Origin: Nymphaea colorata
Lineage: Eukaryota
Assembly: GCF_008831285.2 (NCBI RefSeq)
Contig: NC_045138.2
Coordinates: 17,608,001 to 17,672,000 of the forward strand
DNA length: 64,000 nt
Direction: 5' to 3'
In this document: piece by piece, positions 14,406 through 27,779 of the stretch
Layout of the letters: the number at the start of each line of letters is the position of its first letter
How positions within the stretch are numbered: position 1 is the stretch's first letter
The notes under the pieces: generated by a model
What the model saw: the letters and a program-made list of their open reading frames with translations, nothing else
The model's database searches: none
What the model was told of the DNA's origin: nothing
Made by a program: the position numbers and the translations under genes

Positions 14406-17400
14406 ATGAGGGCGGAGAATTCGCTGGCGATGGTGAGCGGGAGATGCTGCGCGATCAACGTGGACGGTGGTGGTGGTGGCAACATCTTCAATTTGACAAG
14501 AGGTGCTCAGTCATGGATTGCCCAGGGCCAGTCGATCTCCACCGGTAGCAGCGCCGGGGGCTCGCCTTCCAGCGCAAGCGGGCCGGTTATCGCAACTAAA
14601 CCAGGTGATACCGCTGCCTTCGCCCGGATCAACCGCCTGGACGTCCACCGTGATGTTGATGAAGGGTCGCCGTCGAATCTAAGGTGTGGGGATCGGCGCT
14701 GTAGCTTCCTTTTCTTGAATTTTTTATCGTAACATTCGTGTTATTAGGAGTTTGTGCTTCTATTTTATTGTCCAGGGCCGAATTCTTCTTTTATGATGAA
14801 GTCATGGATCCTGATTTTTTTCTTTCTCGTGTTTATTGCTGTGGTGGGCAGGGGGAAGAAGAAGAAGAGCAGGGGGCCGAGAGCAGTAGCGGGTGATAAG
14901 AGTGGCAGGGGACTTAGGCAATTCAGTATGAAAGGTGATGATATCGAATTTTGTGAATCAGCTTTGGGTGGTCTTTTTATGTTTTGCACCGTTTTTGATT
15001 TTCAAAATTTGGTGGTTGTGATGTTTTGGGAGTCCTGTTCAGAATATTGGAAACGTGAACTTCTTGTTTCCTCTTATTCTATTTTAATTGTTTTTCTTTT
15101 GAAGTTTATGTGCATGGGATCGAATTAGTTTCCAGCTGTCCTTTCTGCCTGCCAGTGTCTTGCATCATTAATTGACCTTTTTAAGTGAAGTTTTGGGACA
15201 TTGTCGAATACTTGAATTATGATTTGTTACGTTCTTTCTGGTGATGTGGGAAGTTGAAGGATTATCTAACTCAAAGGTTCGAGTTGTACAAAAATCTGCA
15301 CTATAATCAGTAGAAAAGAGCTCTGGTCATACTTGTCAATATGTTGGTGGGAGTTGTTTATTTACTGAGTTCTTGATGTCTCGGCTTGGGTCTGTTTCAA
15401 ACGCTGACTCTTCATGCAATTTTCAGTATGCGAGAAGGTCGAGAGCAAGGGTAAAACTACATACAATGAGGTATGTAGCTTCTTTCGACGAATAAAATAG
15501 CAGTCCTACTCCCTATTGTTTTTCCTAATCATGTTACTTTCCATACTAATTCTTGCTAAATGCCTGCTTTTATGTGCCAATGTTTCTATATATGGCTCAA
15601 GTTATGAGTTCAATTGTTCTTGCTGGATTGTGCAGTTATGGGTGATGAGTGGCTATTGTGTCTCTTTCCTTTTCTCCCTTTTGTACTTATGCGTGCTTGA
15701 ACTTGTCCGTCATATACCATTGAATCCTTGAACTTATCTTTTTTAGGAGCTTTTCTTGATCTAGAATCTGATGCCTTGCAATCTTACCTGGAGTGCTTTA
15801 TCCTGTGATAGCATTACCTTGCCTTCTAAAGAAGAACTCCAAATTATCAACTAGTGATTCTGCCGAAATTGCTAGCCACACTCATAGCATGTTTTTTTAC
15901 GTTGAACCAACAATCTCATCATTAATCTAGAATCGGATGCCTTACTGTCTTACCTGTGAGTAATGTAAATAATGGATATATGAATAGAAATAATTAATGA
16001 TCTATTTTGTTATGGTATTACCTTGCACACTAAAGAAGCAAAGTACAAATTTTCAGCTAATGATTCTGTCCCTTCACTGATGACTGAAGCTACGTAGACA
16101 TGCTCATAACATGTTTTTCTTTTCTTAGTCATTCACATTTCGTCTAATATGTCAATCGTTAATATTTCATCTAATTTGTCATCCATCTATTCTCAGGTCG
16201 CTGATGAACTTGTAGCAGAATTTGCAAATCCTAGCCACATTGAATCTCCTGATCAGGTAGACTTATTATAAACTGTGCCTCAACTCTCATGGATTATGGA
16301 TTTCAGAAATAGGCATACATAGTAAGAAGATGATGATCTTGCATGTGTACATTCCTCAGCCTAAGACAATACAGATGGCTACGACATGTCTGTTTTACAA
16401 ACTGTTGGTAGCAATGCGAAAGTCATTATACTAAAATGTAACCAAATATTGACTAATTTCATAGTATCTCAACAAAAATGCCAAACTATAGATAAAACAA
16501 AAGAATGGGAACATATTACGATACTTAAAGATATTGCCAAATTGAAATTGTTATGAAAATGTCGTAATAATATTGCAATATATTTCAAAAAATCAGTTTT
16601 ATTTATTTTTTATTTCTTTTGGTGTTTAATAACTATTCTGAATTTTTAACAATGTTCCTGTAACAAAATTAGTAGAAGACTTATATTTTCATAACTTTAT
16701 CTATTGATGTTGTATAAATTTTTGGTTTTTTTTATTTCCCGAGGAAAAATCCTTCTATTCATCCCTAAGAAAATCCTCGCTGATAAAAACCTAAAAATGA
16801 TATTTATGACTACGAATTGAAACATCCAACGGTGAAAGCTTAAACAAAATGACATTTGAGTGCAAACTGGAAAAAGGAAATTGTATAGAGACTTGGTGAG
16901 ACAATGTTGGGCTGCCTGTAGCATTGGTTTGACTCTATTGATGATATATCTTTCCGTATCCTGGGATAGATGTGCTACATGCAGTGGACAGGCAATTGCA
17001 TTAAACAAATATTGGTATCGATGGTCCTTATATGATTTTATTGCTTACAAAATTGTTGTGGTTCTTTTGTTACAGAAACAATTTGATGAAAAAAATATAC
17101 GCCGGAGGGTTTATGATGCCCTAAACGTTCTTATGGCCATGGATATTATATCAAAGGATAAGAAGGAAATCCAATGGAAAGGGTTGCCTCACACCAGCTT
17201 GAGTGACATCGAAGAGTTAAAGGTTCGAGCTTGACTATATATTCTACATTTCATGGAAATAGTATAAATTTATTTTAGTGAATTTGGCATTGCAACTGGC
17301 TGCAAATGGTTGGGTACAGAATGGGGTTTTGCCATGTTGGCTGTACCCCAGATTTATTTTTGCTTATCTGTATCTGATCCATTTGCAATCTTAGTCGACA

Positions 17401-18864
17401 GTCTATGCCAATGGAAGACGGTCAACTTTATATGGCAAAGCCACTCATGTAGCTATTACAGATTATAAACTGTTATTTGAAGTGTGGTATCTTGTTTTTT
17501 GTTGAAAAAGGGCAGGCTGAGCGCATGGCCCTGAGAAGCCGTATTGAAAAGAAGACTGCTTACTTGCAAGAACTTGAGGAACAGGTATTGAAGAAACAAA
17601 TCTCAAGCTTCATTTTCCCAATTTATGCCTGAAGTGATTATGGATGTGGTAATTGAATATCTCCAGTTGCTAATGTTGGTCAATCGCATAGTCAATTAGT
17701 GTGCTGGTTCATTTCCTAGCTTATCTGTTCTTGTGAGCAAGATTTCTGATTGTTTTCTGCTTGCGCTTGTCTTGCAGTTTATTGGTCTTCGGAATCTTGT
17801 TCAAAGGAATAGACAGTCACGTTCAATCCCATGGCTTGCTTTACCATTTTTGTTAGTTCAGGTATACATATGTCCTGTTCCTTTATTCACTCTTTATCTG
17901 ATTCTATGCTCAATGAGGAGGTGAGGTTCAAGTGCTTCAGAGGATAGTTACTCAAGAGAAGCCCGTATTCCTGTTTTATAAGTCCTGAAATGAGCTTTAT
18001 GGCATAAATGCTACCTACTGTTTTTGTTCTGAATATACATGTTTCTTCATCATCTAACCTGGTATAAGAACCATAGTTGTTCCTGACTTGCTCTGGTATC
18101 CTGCGTATCTGTTTACCTTGTTTTCAATTGCACATCTTCCGACTCATTTAGATGCCATTTATTGCTAGAAGAGAGAATACTATGAGACGAAATACTAATG
18201 CGAACAGCCTTTATTTTCTCTATTGATGACATGCAAAAGACACGAAAACATGCGCATGTTGAGGTGGAAATATCTGGAGACACGCAGCTGGTTCATGTTG
18301 ACTTCAATGGGTAAGCCACAAGCCTTCCTGATAGAGAATTTTGCTTTCAGTGCTTAACAGCGCCAATAAGAATTCCTTTCCATCTCGGACCAGAAGAAGT
18401 TCCTGGATCGTGTGAAATCAGAGTTGATTTTATCCTTTGAGTTGTCTGAGGGTGCAAATGGATCAGATTCAGGCTGGGTATTGCAGCTATTTGGCTGTAC
18501 TGAGTCAAATGCACATCAGTCTTTCCATGCGTTTGGCTGATCTGTGTCTGACGCTTATTTGCATTTCTGTTTCTCTTTGATACTTTATCCAGCTCTGTGT
18601 GCTTGTCTTAAACTGGAACATATTTGCAGCACCCCATTTGAATTGCATGACGATGCCCATGTCCTAAAGGCCATGGGACTCTGTGGGACACCATGCAAGG
18701 ATACAGCGCTTGAAGTTGCAACGGCAAATGGTAGCAACATGCTTGGTATTTTGCAGCATCCATTGCCACTACCGTCAAGATCAAATGCAGCAGGCGCGCC
18801 TTCCTCCACACCTCCTATCCCTGGTATTCTCAAAGTGCGTCCTAAGCATGAACATCACCTATGA
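14406..18864 (+). CDS. DPB: E2F dimerisation partner (DP, DPB-like); exons 14406-14683, 14852-14934, 15427-15470, 16197-16256, 17076-17222, 17516-17584, 17778-17861, 18240-18310, 18630-18864
   Basis: [37 protein letters not shown] box [43 protein letters not shown]-terminal PPIPGILK; start may instead be ATG 14430. Confidence 0.93.
15760..16120. repeat. Diverged tandem duplication (~170-190 bp units) in DP intron 3
   Basis: TCTAGAATC.GATGCCTT..., ATTACCTTGC...CTAAAGAAG and CTCATA.CATGTTTTT each occur twice. Confidence 0.8.
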
Positions 18865-20949
18865 TTTGTTGCCCGGTTCAGCATATAGTAAGGGTTATTC
18901 TTCCATTCATTTGAAGAAGGGTTATCTTCCCTTTTGTACAGTGTAAATTAGGATCAGGCCAATTCAAAGGCCTGCTTCCTGCCTGAGAGGAGCATTATCA
19001 CAGTGGAACCAAATGCGATACAGTTTTCTTGTTTTCCTTGCTCTAGTGTAAATTGCACCAAAGTTCCATTTATTTGTCTCAGTTGGACGTAGGACTTATT
19101 TTCTAATTTTATGGGCTAGGCAACAGAGAATCTTCGTATTACATTGCCAGTTTTTATTTGGTCAAGCTCGAGGTTTTTCTCGTTTCCTAGAGGGTATCCT
19201 CCATTTCTATATGGTATGCGAGAACTATGATCTGCACCAATTTGCTGACATGCACAAACCTCCATGATAAGTTGATGGACATGCTGCCTATCTACAAAAG
19301 CATGCATCGTCATTGGAAATTCTTCGGTCTTCGAGTTTGTAAATAATATGAAAATGATGTGCCCTGTAACAATTTCGTTCTCTTCGGAATCATTAGCAAG
19401 GTTTCCTGATGAAAATGTACATCTCTGTTTTCTTTAGTAAGACGTCAAGGAAATCGTACGCGATATATGAGAAGGAATTGGAAAAGTGCAATATTTTTAA
19501 AAGGTCAGATTCGGATCAGTTAAATGTGAAACTTTGTTGGAATAGGATTTTGAATGCAAACAAAAGAAGTAAAAAGGAAAATCAGATTCAGATCAGCTAA
19601 ATATGTACAAAGTCACTTCAAAGGCCCACGTCTAAAATATGTCTTGGTAATTTGGACACTTTCATACCAAGAGATGCCCCCCAGTTATCAAATCAGATCC
19701 TAGGGTTGGCATATTTTCTCAGGCCAGTGGGATCCGGTCACTGGTTCGAGTCACATGTAAGTCGGACCCTTCTTTTCTTCCCGGCACAAAGGGGTCGAAC
19801 CAGTAGTGTACTAATTGACGTGCATTGGGTTCAGATGCAGCCATGAATCCTGGGAGCAAGGAGAAAAATAGATAAAACTTCCGCGCTCACTTGGACAGTG
19901 GACTGCTCTTCCTTTCACCGGGAATCAAATCCGATTCAAATACGATAAACATGTGTTATGAATTTAAATTGGATTTTGATATAGCGGACCACTTATATTT
20001 GGACTATTGACTAAAACTCATAGATCAGTCAACAGGGTCTAGGAAGTATAACTTCACACCATGAAATTACCATAATTTTGACTTGGAATTGGTGTGTGGC
20101 AGTTTTCGTCTTATTGCTGAGGGTACTTGATAACTGCAATACTATAAGTTGGCGATAAATCACTTCATAAATGTAAATGAGGATATAATTACGATTGTCC
20201 GTTTTATTATCAAATATATAACTTTCAAGAGTACGTTTAAAGTTAACTTGGTTTATTACTAAATTTTGCATGTTTAATTAAAAAATCGAAAAATATAACT
20301 AATAGGAATCTACCATTATGCTTTATAAACTTGAGAGGGAATATAATATATTCTTTTTTTTTTGTTGTGTATCTTGCATTAATAAATTAAAAAAAAAACA
20401 ATAATTTAACGATTTAAATAAATAAGCATCTACTTTAGATATAGTTTTAATCTCATATTGATATTATGATTATCAATATAGATGAGCACATTCACTCCAT
20501 CTAATGATTTGAAATTTTAATTTTTGTTGAAATTGTTTAAATTACCTCGAAGGCGTAGTGGCAAGGGCGTATTGTAGCTGGTCAGAAAGACACTACCATG
20601 AAAACACATCGTTGATTCAATTCCTATAAATGCTATTCATTTAAGACCACCAACAGTAGGTCACAACACTCTTTATCATTATTTAAACGCTCGGTTGACT
20701 TCTTATCTAGTAAAGTATTTAAATCATTTTATTACATTAACTGTTAAATTATTTTAGTGACAATCCTAAAATTGTTGGTGACTAACTGTGCATGACACAT
20801 ACAGTGCTTTTAACATAAACAAGGTAATTGTCATTGTCATGGGCTCACTTTCTTCAGCCATGCGGCCAATGATAACACCTCCATTGTAACCCTAAAAGGG
20901 TAAAAAGGTGTGCAGATAACTTGCAAATAGTGAGTGCATGCATGACAAC

Positions 20950-21110
20950 CGGTATCAAGGCCCAGGTTTGATCATCTGGCACAGTGGGGCGTGAGGAATT
21001 TGAGAACTTCTGTATGCTCTTGAAAAGTACCTCAAGGTAAACCAAATTTACGACGATGTTTCTAACTGATGATGCCATGTAGTGGTGGGAGAGTTGTCGA
21101 AACTCGCTTC
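20950..21110 (+). mobile_element. Decayed Ty3/gypsy gag fragment
   Basis: Frameshifted REEFENF/LYALEKYLK, then MFLTDDAM*WWES (21056-21094), resembling the gag ELENF..MEQYF and YLTDDAKLWW motifs. Confidence 0.45.
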
Positions 21111-21481
21111 GGCGATTTTATGTAAGTAAAATTGAGATTTCTTCTATACCTATTTGCTTATATTGTTTTTGTGATGAATGCAATTTATGCTTAGTTATTA
21201 CAAGAACATTCATCCATTTCCTTGTGATCTTTGATGTTAAAGAAATTGACTTTAAGAAAATGAGCCAGTGACAATTATGTAAGGCAAAAATCCTTTTAAA
21301 TGTGCTCTTCCATGCTTCCTGAAAATTTGATTTTTTTGGTTTTATAATCATTACTGAAAAAAGAACATACCGAAATTAGGGAACATCGATGCTAAAATAT
21401 CGCGATATTTTCCCCCGCTCACGAGAGCGACGGACATCTACGGTCGCCGTAAGAGAGAGAGAGAGAGAGAGTGAGGGGGAA

Positions 21482-23536
21482 ATGCAGAAGAAAGAGCAGA
21501 GTAAGGGCTCCGCCGGAGCTGCAGGAGGCGGCACAACCGCCTCCGGAGCCAAGAGGGGACGACCCTTCGGAAGCACCACCGGTAGCTCCTCCCTGCTGGC
21601 CGCTCACGGCGACTCCGCCGCCCCGTCGACGCTCCTCGGCCCCTCCCTCCACGTCCAGAGCTCCTTCGCAGGTCAGTCCCCCCAACCCTAAAATGAGAAC
21701 GCGTACTTCTTCATTTCCCTTGACCAAATACGTCGATCTATGCATGAGAGTTTACCCAGTACGGCGCCGCCGGAAGTTCTTTTGGTGCTCATTCTCGCAG
21801 TTGAACACAGAAACCCTAGAAAAACCCTCGTCCTATTATCGCCCTGGAGTGCGCGGTTTTGCAATATTAGTAAACTTTGCAACATTTTTGCGCAATGTAA
21901 AGGTAATTTTGGCACAATTTGCTTTTGACTCGGCAGGGTGTTTCTTTTTTGTCTTTTCGTAATCCAGTTGTATTGAACAAAGTAATTTCTTCTAAAAACA
22001 AAAGTTAATCCTTGAATACAACGAAGAAGCAGGGTTTATGTAGAAACATTCTCTGAACAAATAAATTTTGTCGATAAAATTCTAAACTTTCAGTTAGTAC
22101 ATCTGAAACATTTTTTTATCGAACTTGTGTACTGAAATTTTATGTCGACAATATACCTCCTCAAATTTCTAAATAGTATAACTAGGATGCAGGCCACTTA
22201 TAGAAACACTACATGAAATAATTGAATTTTTTTGATAAAATTCTGAGTTAGCAAATCTGAAAACCTTTTTCTTGAACTTGTGGACTGAGATTTTTATTTC
22301 TAACACATACCGCCTTAAATTTCTGAAAGACTTGTCAATGGCAGAGAAGATGGTAGCCATGAGCAACTCTCTGAATGTAAGTAATTGTAACGAGTCCAAC
22401 GATGTAAAGCAACCAAATACAATGATGCTAGACAGGTTATATTTAGTTCATATGCTTGTCAACGAACAAAAAACTGTGTCACTAATGTTTTTGATATCGA
22501 ACTAGGACTACTGTTAAATTCACGTGAAGGTTGGGAGTGCTTGATTGGGTACTTTTTGTTAACGTTCTCTTTTTCCTTTTATCGGCGCATTATTTTTTTT
22601 GGTTGTCTTCATTTATATGAATTTGTGAATTTTCATAATTCCTGGTTACAGATCAGAACAATAAAAGGATAGTATTAGCTTTGCAAAGCGGGATAAAGAG
22701 TGAATTAACATGGGCTCTGAACACGCTGACATTGCTCTCCTTCAAAGAGAAGGACGATATCAGGAGGGATGCGACTCCCCTTGCGAAAATTCCAGGATTG
22801 CTGGACGCTCTCCTGCAAGTTGTAGGTGTTGTTGGAATTCTGCTTCTCCAATTTGGCTGCCTGTTATGAAATACTGTTTCTTTTATATAGTATGATAGTG
22901 TCTATTTTATCCTGGCTCTTGTTACCTCTGGATATCTGTCTTGAGATAAATGTTCAACATTTGCAAACTTTAGACATTTATCCTACAGGTTGGTTTATTG
23001 GTTTGAGTAACATGTCATACAGGTGCGAGAAATAGGAAAAGTTATAATGAAATATCCCTATACATCTAGTCAAGTTGGTTATATAGTCTAGGTTTTTACG
23101 AGGCTCTGAGGGATTGAATCATTGGCACATAGGGATCAAGTTCTGTGAGATTGTGAGTTTTGTAGAGTGCAGTCGCTTGAAATATAAGTAATGCCTCCAT
23201 GTCCTGAAGCGAATTATGGGAGAACATGTTTTGAGCTAATACCTAAGTTACATGTGTGCGCCACAACTGGTGAAGCACCCGAGTCGACTTGGGTGCAGGT
23301 GCGGCCTGACATGGCACCTGACTCGGTTTGACTGAGTTGGGTTTGCTGACTGCACTTGCTCTTGTTTTTTCTTGTTTTCTTTTTCATTTTTTTCTTCTCT
23401 TATCTTTTACCTCATTTTTTTGCCCTCTTTTTTCTTTCCTCCCCCATTTTATTTAATGAAACTTTGAAATTTGTATGAGATAAAGGTAATATTGACAAAA
23501 AAATTTAACAATATAGACAAATAAAATTACTTGTAT

Positions 23537-23593
<57 letters not shown>

Positions 23594-26544
23594 TGTATGC
23601 CCTCGCCGCACCTGCACCCAATTTTTTTTTGGAACTTGCTGCATCCTACACCCCGCACCCATGTGACATAGGCTAATACTTGAGAGTTTATTTTCCTTGG
23701 TTTAATTTTCTGGAGATGGATTTTGTATTTCAAGTAATCCTGATGATGCTATGCATAGACCTAGAATATGAACTTCCCTTTCTATGGAGTCTGAACAAAC
23801 ATGAATAAATTTCGAGCTCACCTGGTTTGGTCTGCTCCATGTGACCTGAAAAGTGGGGGGCTTGGGGGGGTGGGGGTGAGAGAGGAAAAAGACAACTTTG
23901 GATATTCGTGTCAGATCAGTGTACAGCAACCAATGTATAGACTATATTACCAAATGCAGATTCTTGATTGCTTATACAACTTGCCTTGAGTACTCTAATT
24001 CCGTAATTTTGGCATCAGATGGGCTTAGTTTCGTGCAATTGGATGACTGTATATTTAGGTTCATTGATTTTTCCACAAGGGGTATGCCTTATTTATGTCT
24101 ATATTCATTTCATGCATGTGTTTGCAATCCTTATTCGGTATATGGTCAGAAATATGCATCTATATGTGTTGCACTGTAAGATTTCAACTCCTGCTAAGAT
24201 TGTTAGAATGTTACCATCATTCTACCATTTGCTAATATGTTCTCTTGTTTATTACTTTGTTTAAGAAAATCATGTTTGTTTCTGCAACTTGTCTCATTCT
24301 TCCATATTTGTTGAATACAATTGTCTTATTCTTGCACAGGTAGATGATTGGCGTGATGTAGCTTATCCTAAAGATGCTTTAAGGCCTAGCAGGATCAGAA
24401 CGCTGGGTGCTAATTGTGTTGTCAGTGGCTTTGGGTTTGAGTATGATGCATTGGGCTCAAGTGATACAGTCTCTAGCCTAAGGTAACCTTAACCATAAAT
24501 TTCCTTCTGACTCCCATTCTTTAACATTCTTAAATTTCTTTTGATGTATGAATACTGGAGAAACTTAAACTTCTGCAGCTCCAAAGCTGGTCCAGCGAAT
24601 TCAAAGGGAACAACTGATAAAGGCTCAGAAAACCAGCCTTTGCAATGGTGGTCTCAGGATGACGTTCTATTTAACCTAGATGAAGATGGACGGGCGGAAA
24701 GGCAACAATGTGCTGTTGCTGCTTCAAATATAATCCGCAATTTCTCCTTTATGCCTGAAAATGAGACTATTATGGCCCAGCATAGACACTGCTTGGAAAC
24801 TGTCTTTCAGTGCATAAATGACCATCTCACTGGTAAGACACAGCTTGTTTTAAATTTGAGTTTGCCGTGTCCCTTAGTGTAAAACATCATTGAGGATTAT
24901 CAGGTAGCAGATCGTATGTCCTTTCAGTTGACTTTTGTTAAATGGTTGAAAAACGCTGGTGTTTGTATCACTGATATTTTGAAAATATCAAGATATTTTC
25001 TGCATTCTTAAACTAGCTGATGTTATTGACAAAATGACGTGTACATTGCTAAAAAAAGGAATACCACAGCAAAAGCACAAATATCTTTATAGAAATTATG
25101 TGTTTTAAATATATATTTTTTACCTTTTGTTTCTTTTAATAAAAAAATTACCGAGAATTTCCCAATGTTTTTATCAGAAAAGTAGTAGAAACGCTTCATG
25201 AATTTTTTATTATCCTTTAAATGTTTTAACTTTTTGAATAACCTATTTTCTTGAGATCTTTATGAGCAAAAAAATTTAAAAACTGAGAGAAAAGCTTTCC
25301 TAAAAATTACGGAGAACGATATCTGTACTATGGTTTGTATTACTTTGAGTGTTATTAGCATGCGCTGGTGCTTTTGGAATTTTAATAGTAATTCTCTAAG
25401 TCAGCAGGGCGTGGAAGGATAGATACTCATGAATGGTTTCGATATGTGTCTGCCACATGATGAAGTTCTTTTTACATCTATGCAGAGGATGAGGAACTGG
25501 TCACGAATGCACTTGAAACAATTGTCAATTTGGCTCCATTGCTGGATCTTCGGATATTCAGTTCATCAAAGGCATCTTATATAGAAGTAACGTAAGTCAA
25601 GTTATTGTTTTTCTCGGTTGTCATTTTTTATGCTGTTATTGGGTAACAATCTCTATGGCAAAACCAGAGAGAAGGATGCTGTTCAAGCAATTATGGGGAT
25701 GCTGAACTCTCCAATCAAGGCTTGGCACTTGGCAGCCTCTGAATTGCTTGGAAGATTGATAATAAATCCAGATAATGAGCCCTTCCTACTTCCCTTTTTT
25801 CCCCAGGTCAGTGTGGTCAGATTATTTTCTTTATAGCTGAGCGTCATTCTGGTCATGCAACCATTTATTGAATGAGTATTGATTTCATAATTATGATATC
25901 CTCTGCATGTATGGTCATATTCTGGATGGGAATTGCAGATATACAAGCGTTTGGTCGACATTCTAAGCATGCCAGCAGCTGATGCACAGGCAGCAGCAGT
26001 GGCTTCACTTTTTAACTTGGTAGAAGTTAACATGGATTGCCGGCTGAGGCTTGCAAGTGAGAGATGGTGAGAAAATCTTGCTGCGGAAAGTGTGTTCTAC
26101 ATATATGTTTGATTACAGTGTATTAGTTCCTATATAAAAGTCCAGTAACTCATCTAGCTACAACATGTTGGTAAGAGACTGCCATTTGATCAAAGCTGCC
26201 TGAGTCTTGGAGTACAGCGATCATACTCTCTTAGTCAATCTTGCGTCACTAACTATCCTATTGGTAAATTGATTTTCAATTTATGTAGGGCAATTGAGCG
26301 GCTGCTTAGGGTAATCAGGCAACCACATCCTGTGCCAGAGGTTTCAAGAAAGGCTGCCATGATATTGGAGAGCCTCGCTTCCGAGCCACAAAACAGAGCT
26401 GTTCTTTTGGCACATGAGAATACCTTTGCGGAGATGCTGTTCTCAGATAGCAGGCACTCTGATTCTTTTGCACGGATTCTTTATGAGTTGACATCAAGGC
26501 CAAATACCCGAGTTGCTGCAGCTCGTGGAGTATGGGGCATGTAA
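21482..26544 (+). CDS. LFR: Armadillo-repeat protein LFR (SWI/SNF-associated); exons 21482-21671, 22652-22821, 24340-24482, 24579-24832, 25486-25591, 25668-25806, 25939-26066, 26289-26544 (461 aa)
   Basis: MQKKEQSK...AKRGRPFGS, DQNNKRIVLALQSGIKSELTWALNTLTLLSFKEK, ERQQCAVAASNIIRNFSFMPENE, terminal AAARGVWGM; exon lengths sum to 1386 nt. Confidence 0.95.
23243..23671. mobile_element. hAT-type MITE in LFR intron 2
   Basis: Perfect 8-bp TSD GCTAATAC (23235-23242, 23672-23679); imperfect TIRs CTAAGTTACATGTGTGCG / CGCACCCATGTGACATAG; internal (TA)n. Confidence 0.85.
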
Positions 26545-27779
26545 AAATAGCTGCGGTGTCTGCTTCTGCAAAACTTGCAATGTTGCCAAGGTGCACAAGT
26601 AGACAATGACTTCTTTGTTGAGCTGTTGCTTCAATGTACATAATAATTTCGCAGTGCACAATATTCTTTTCAACCACAAATAATTTCAGCTGAACTAAAT
26701 CTCGATTTCTTAAACTTGTCTTCACCTTTGGAGACATGCTTTGTGGTGTCTTGGCATTTTTAACTCCTTGTAGTGCTGTTCTATTTGATGAAACATTGGG
26801 GTTCAACCATTTATTAATTTGGACTTTCCCAATTTTTACCAGGGGAAACATCATGAGATGTGCTGGCTTCGGTTCACAGCTTAAAAAGGCTATGCACTAT
26901 ATCAACTTAGAGTAGGACACGAGTATATAACATCCTGAAGATTTCTCAAAATCTTTGATGTAAGTCTATTCTGAAGTCCTTCTACATGCAGGGAGTGTTG
27001 CCTTAGATATGATAGAAAAGACTGGAGCAGCAATTTACATATAAAGACAGTTGATAAGTGTTCAGCTGAATGTACCAATGATTTTGAAGCTAATGGAATT
27101 TGTCATTGCACTGCATGGATAATTAAATTGATGATTTAAAATCACTTGAATCAGTTTCCTTTTTCACTTGTGAGCTCACCTCTTGGTTGACAGACCGACC
27201 TTTTTTTTCTTTTGATGCCTTTGATTTCTGAAGAGCATTGACCCACCATTAGCTATTATGACTAAATTGCTAACCAACTCTTTCTTCTGTCATTATTTGT
27301 TGGCTATAGCCAAGTAACTTCTTCTAGAACCTAATGAATTTTTGTTGTTTGTAGTAAATTCCTTTAAACCCCCATTCTGCATAAACCATAATGTGAGTCT
27401 GTTTACCCATGACTCTCTCATAGGTCATACAGGGCAATTAAATAAAACAGTATATAACATCTTATGTGACATAATAGCTAATTGCTGATACTAGATGCTT
27501 AAACAGTGCTATGTGTTTGGTCCTTACAAAGCTATCGTCTAAAACATAAATGGATGAAACGAATGACATTTTCGGTCTTGCATCTGGACAGTAACGAATT
27601 TGTTGGTCGGAAAATGACAACTAATCCATGTGCACGTTTTGACATTCGCTAAACTAACCCTTAACAGAAGAAAGCAAGCCGTTAAGCATCATCTGTTTGC
27701 GGTAAGCTTGTTCAACGTCCTTTTCTTGCTATGTACCATTGAGTATTTAATATTGTATTTTCTTTTTCTTGGGTGACCC

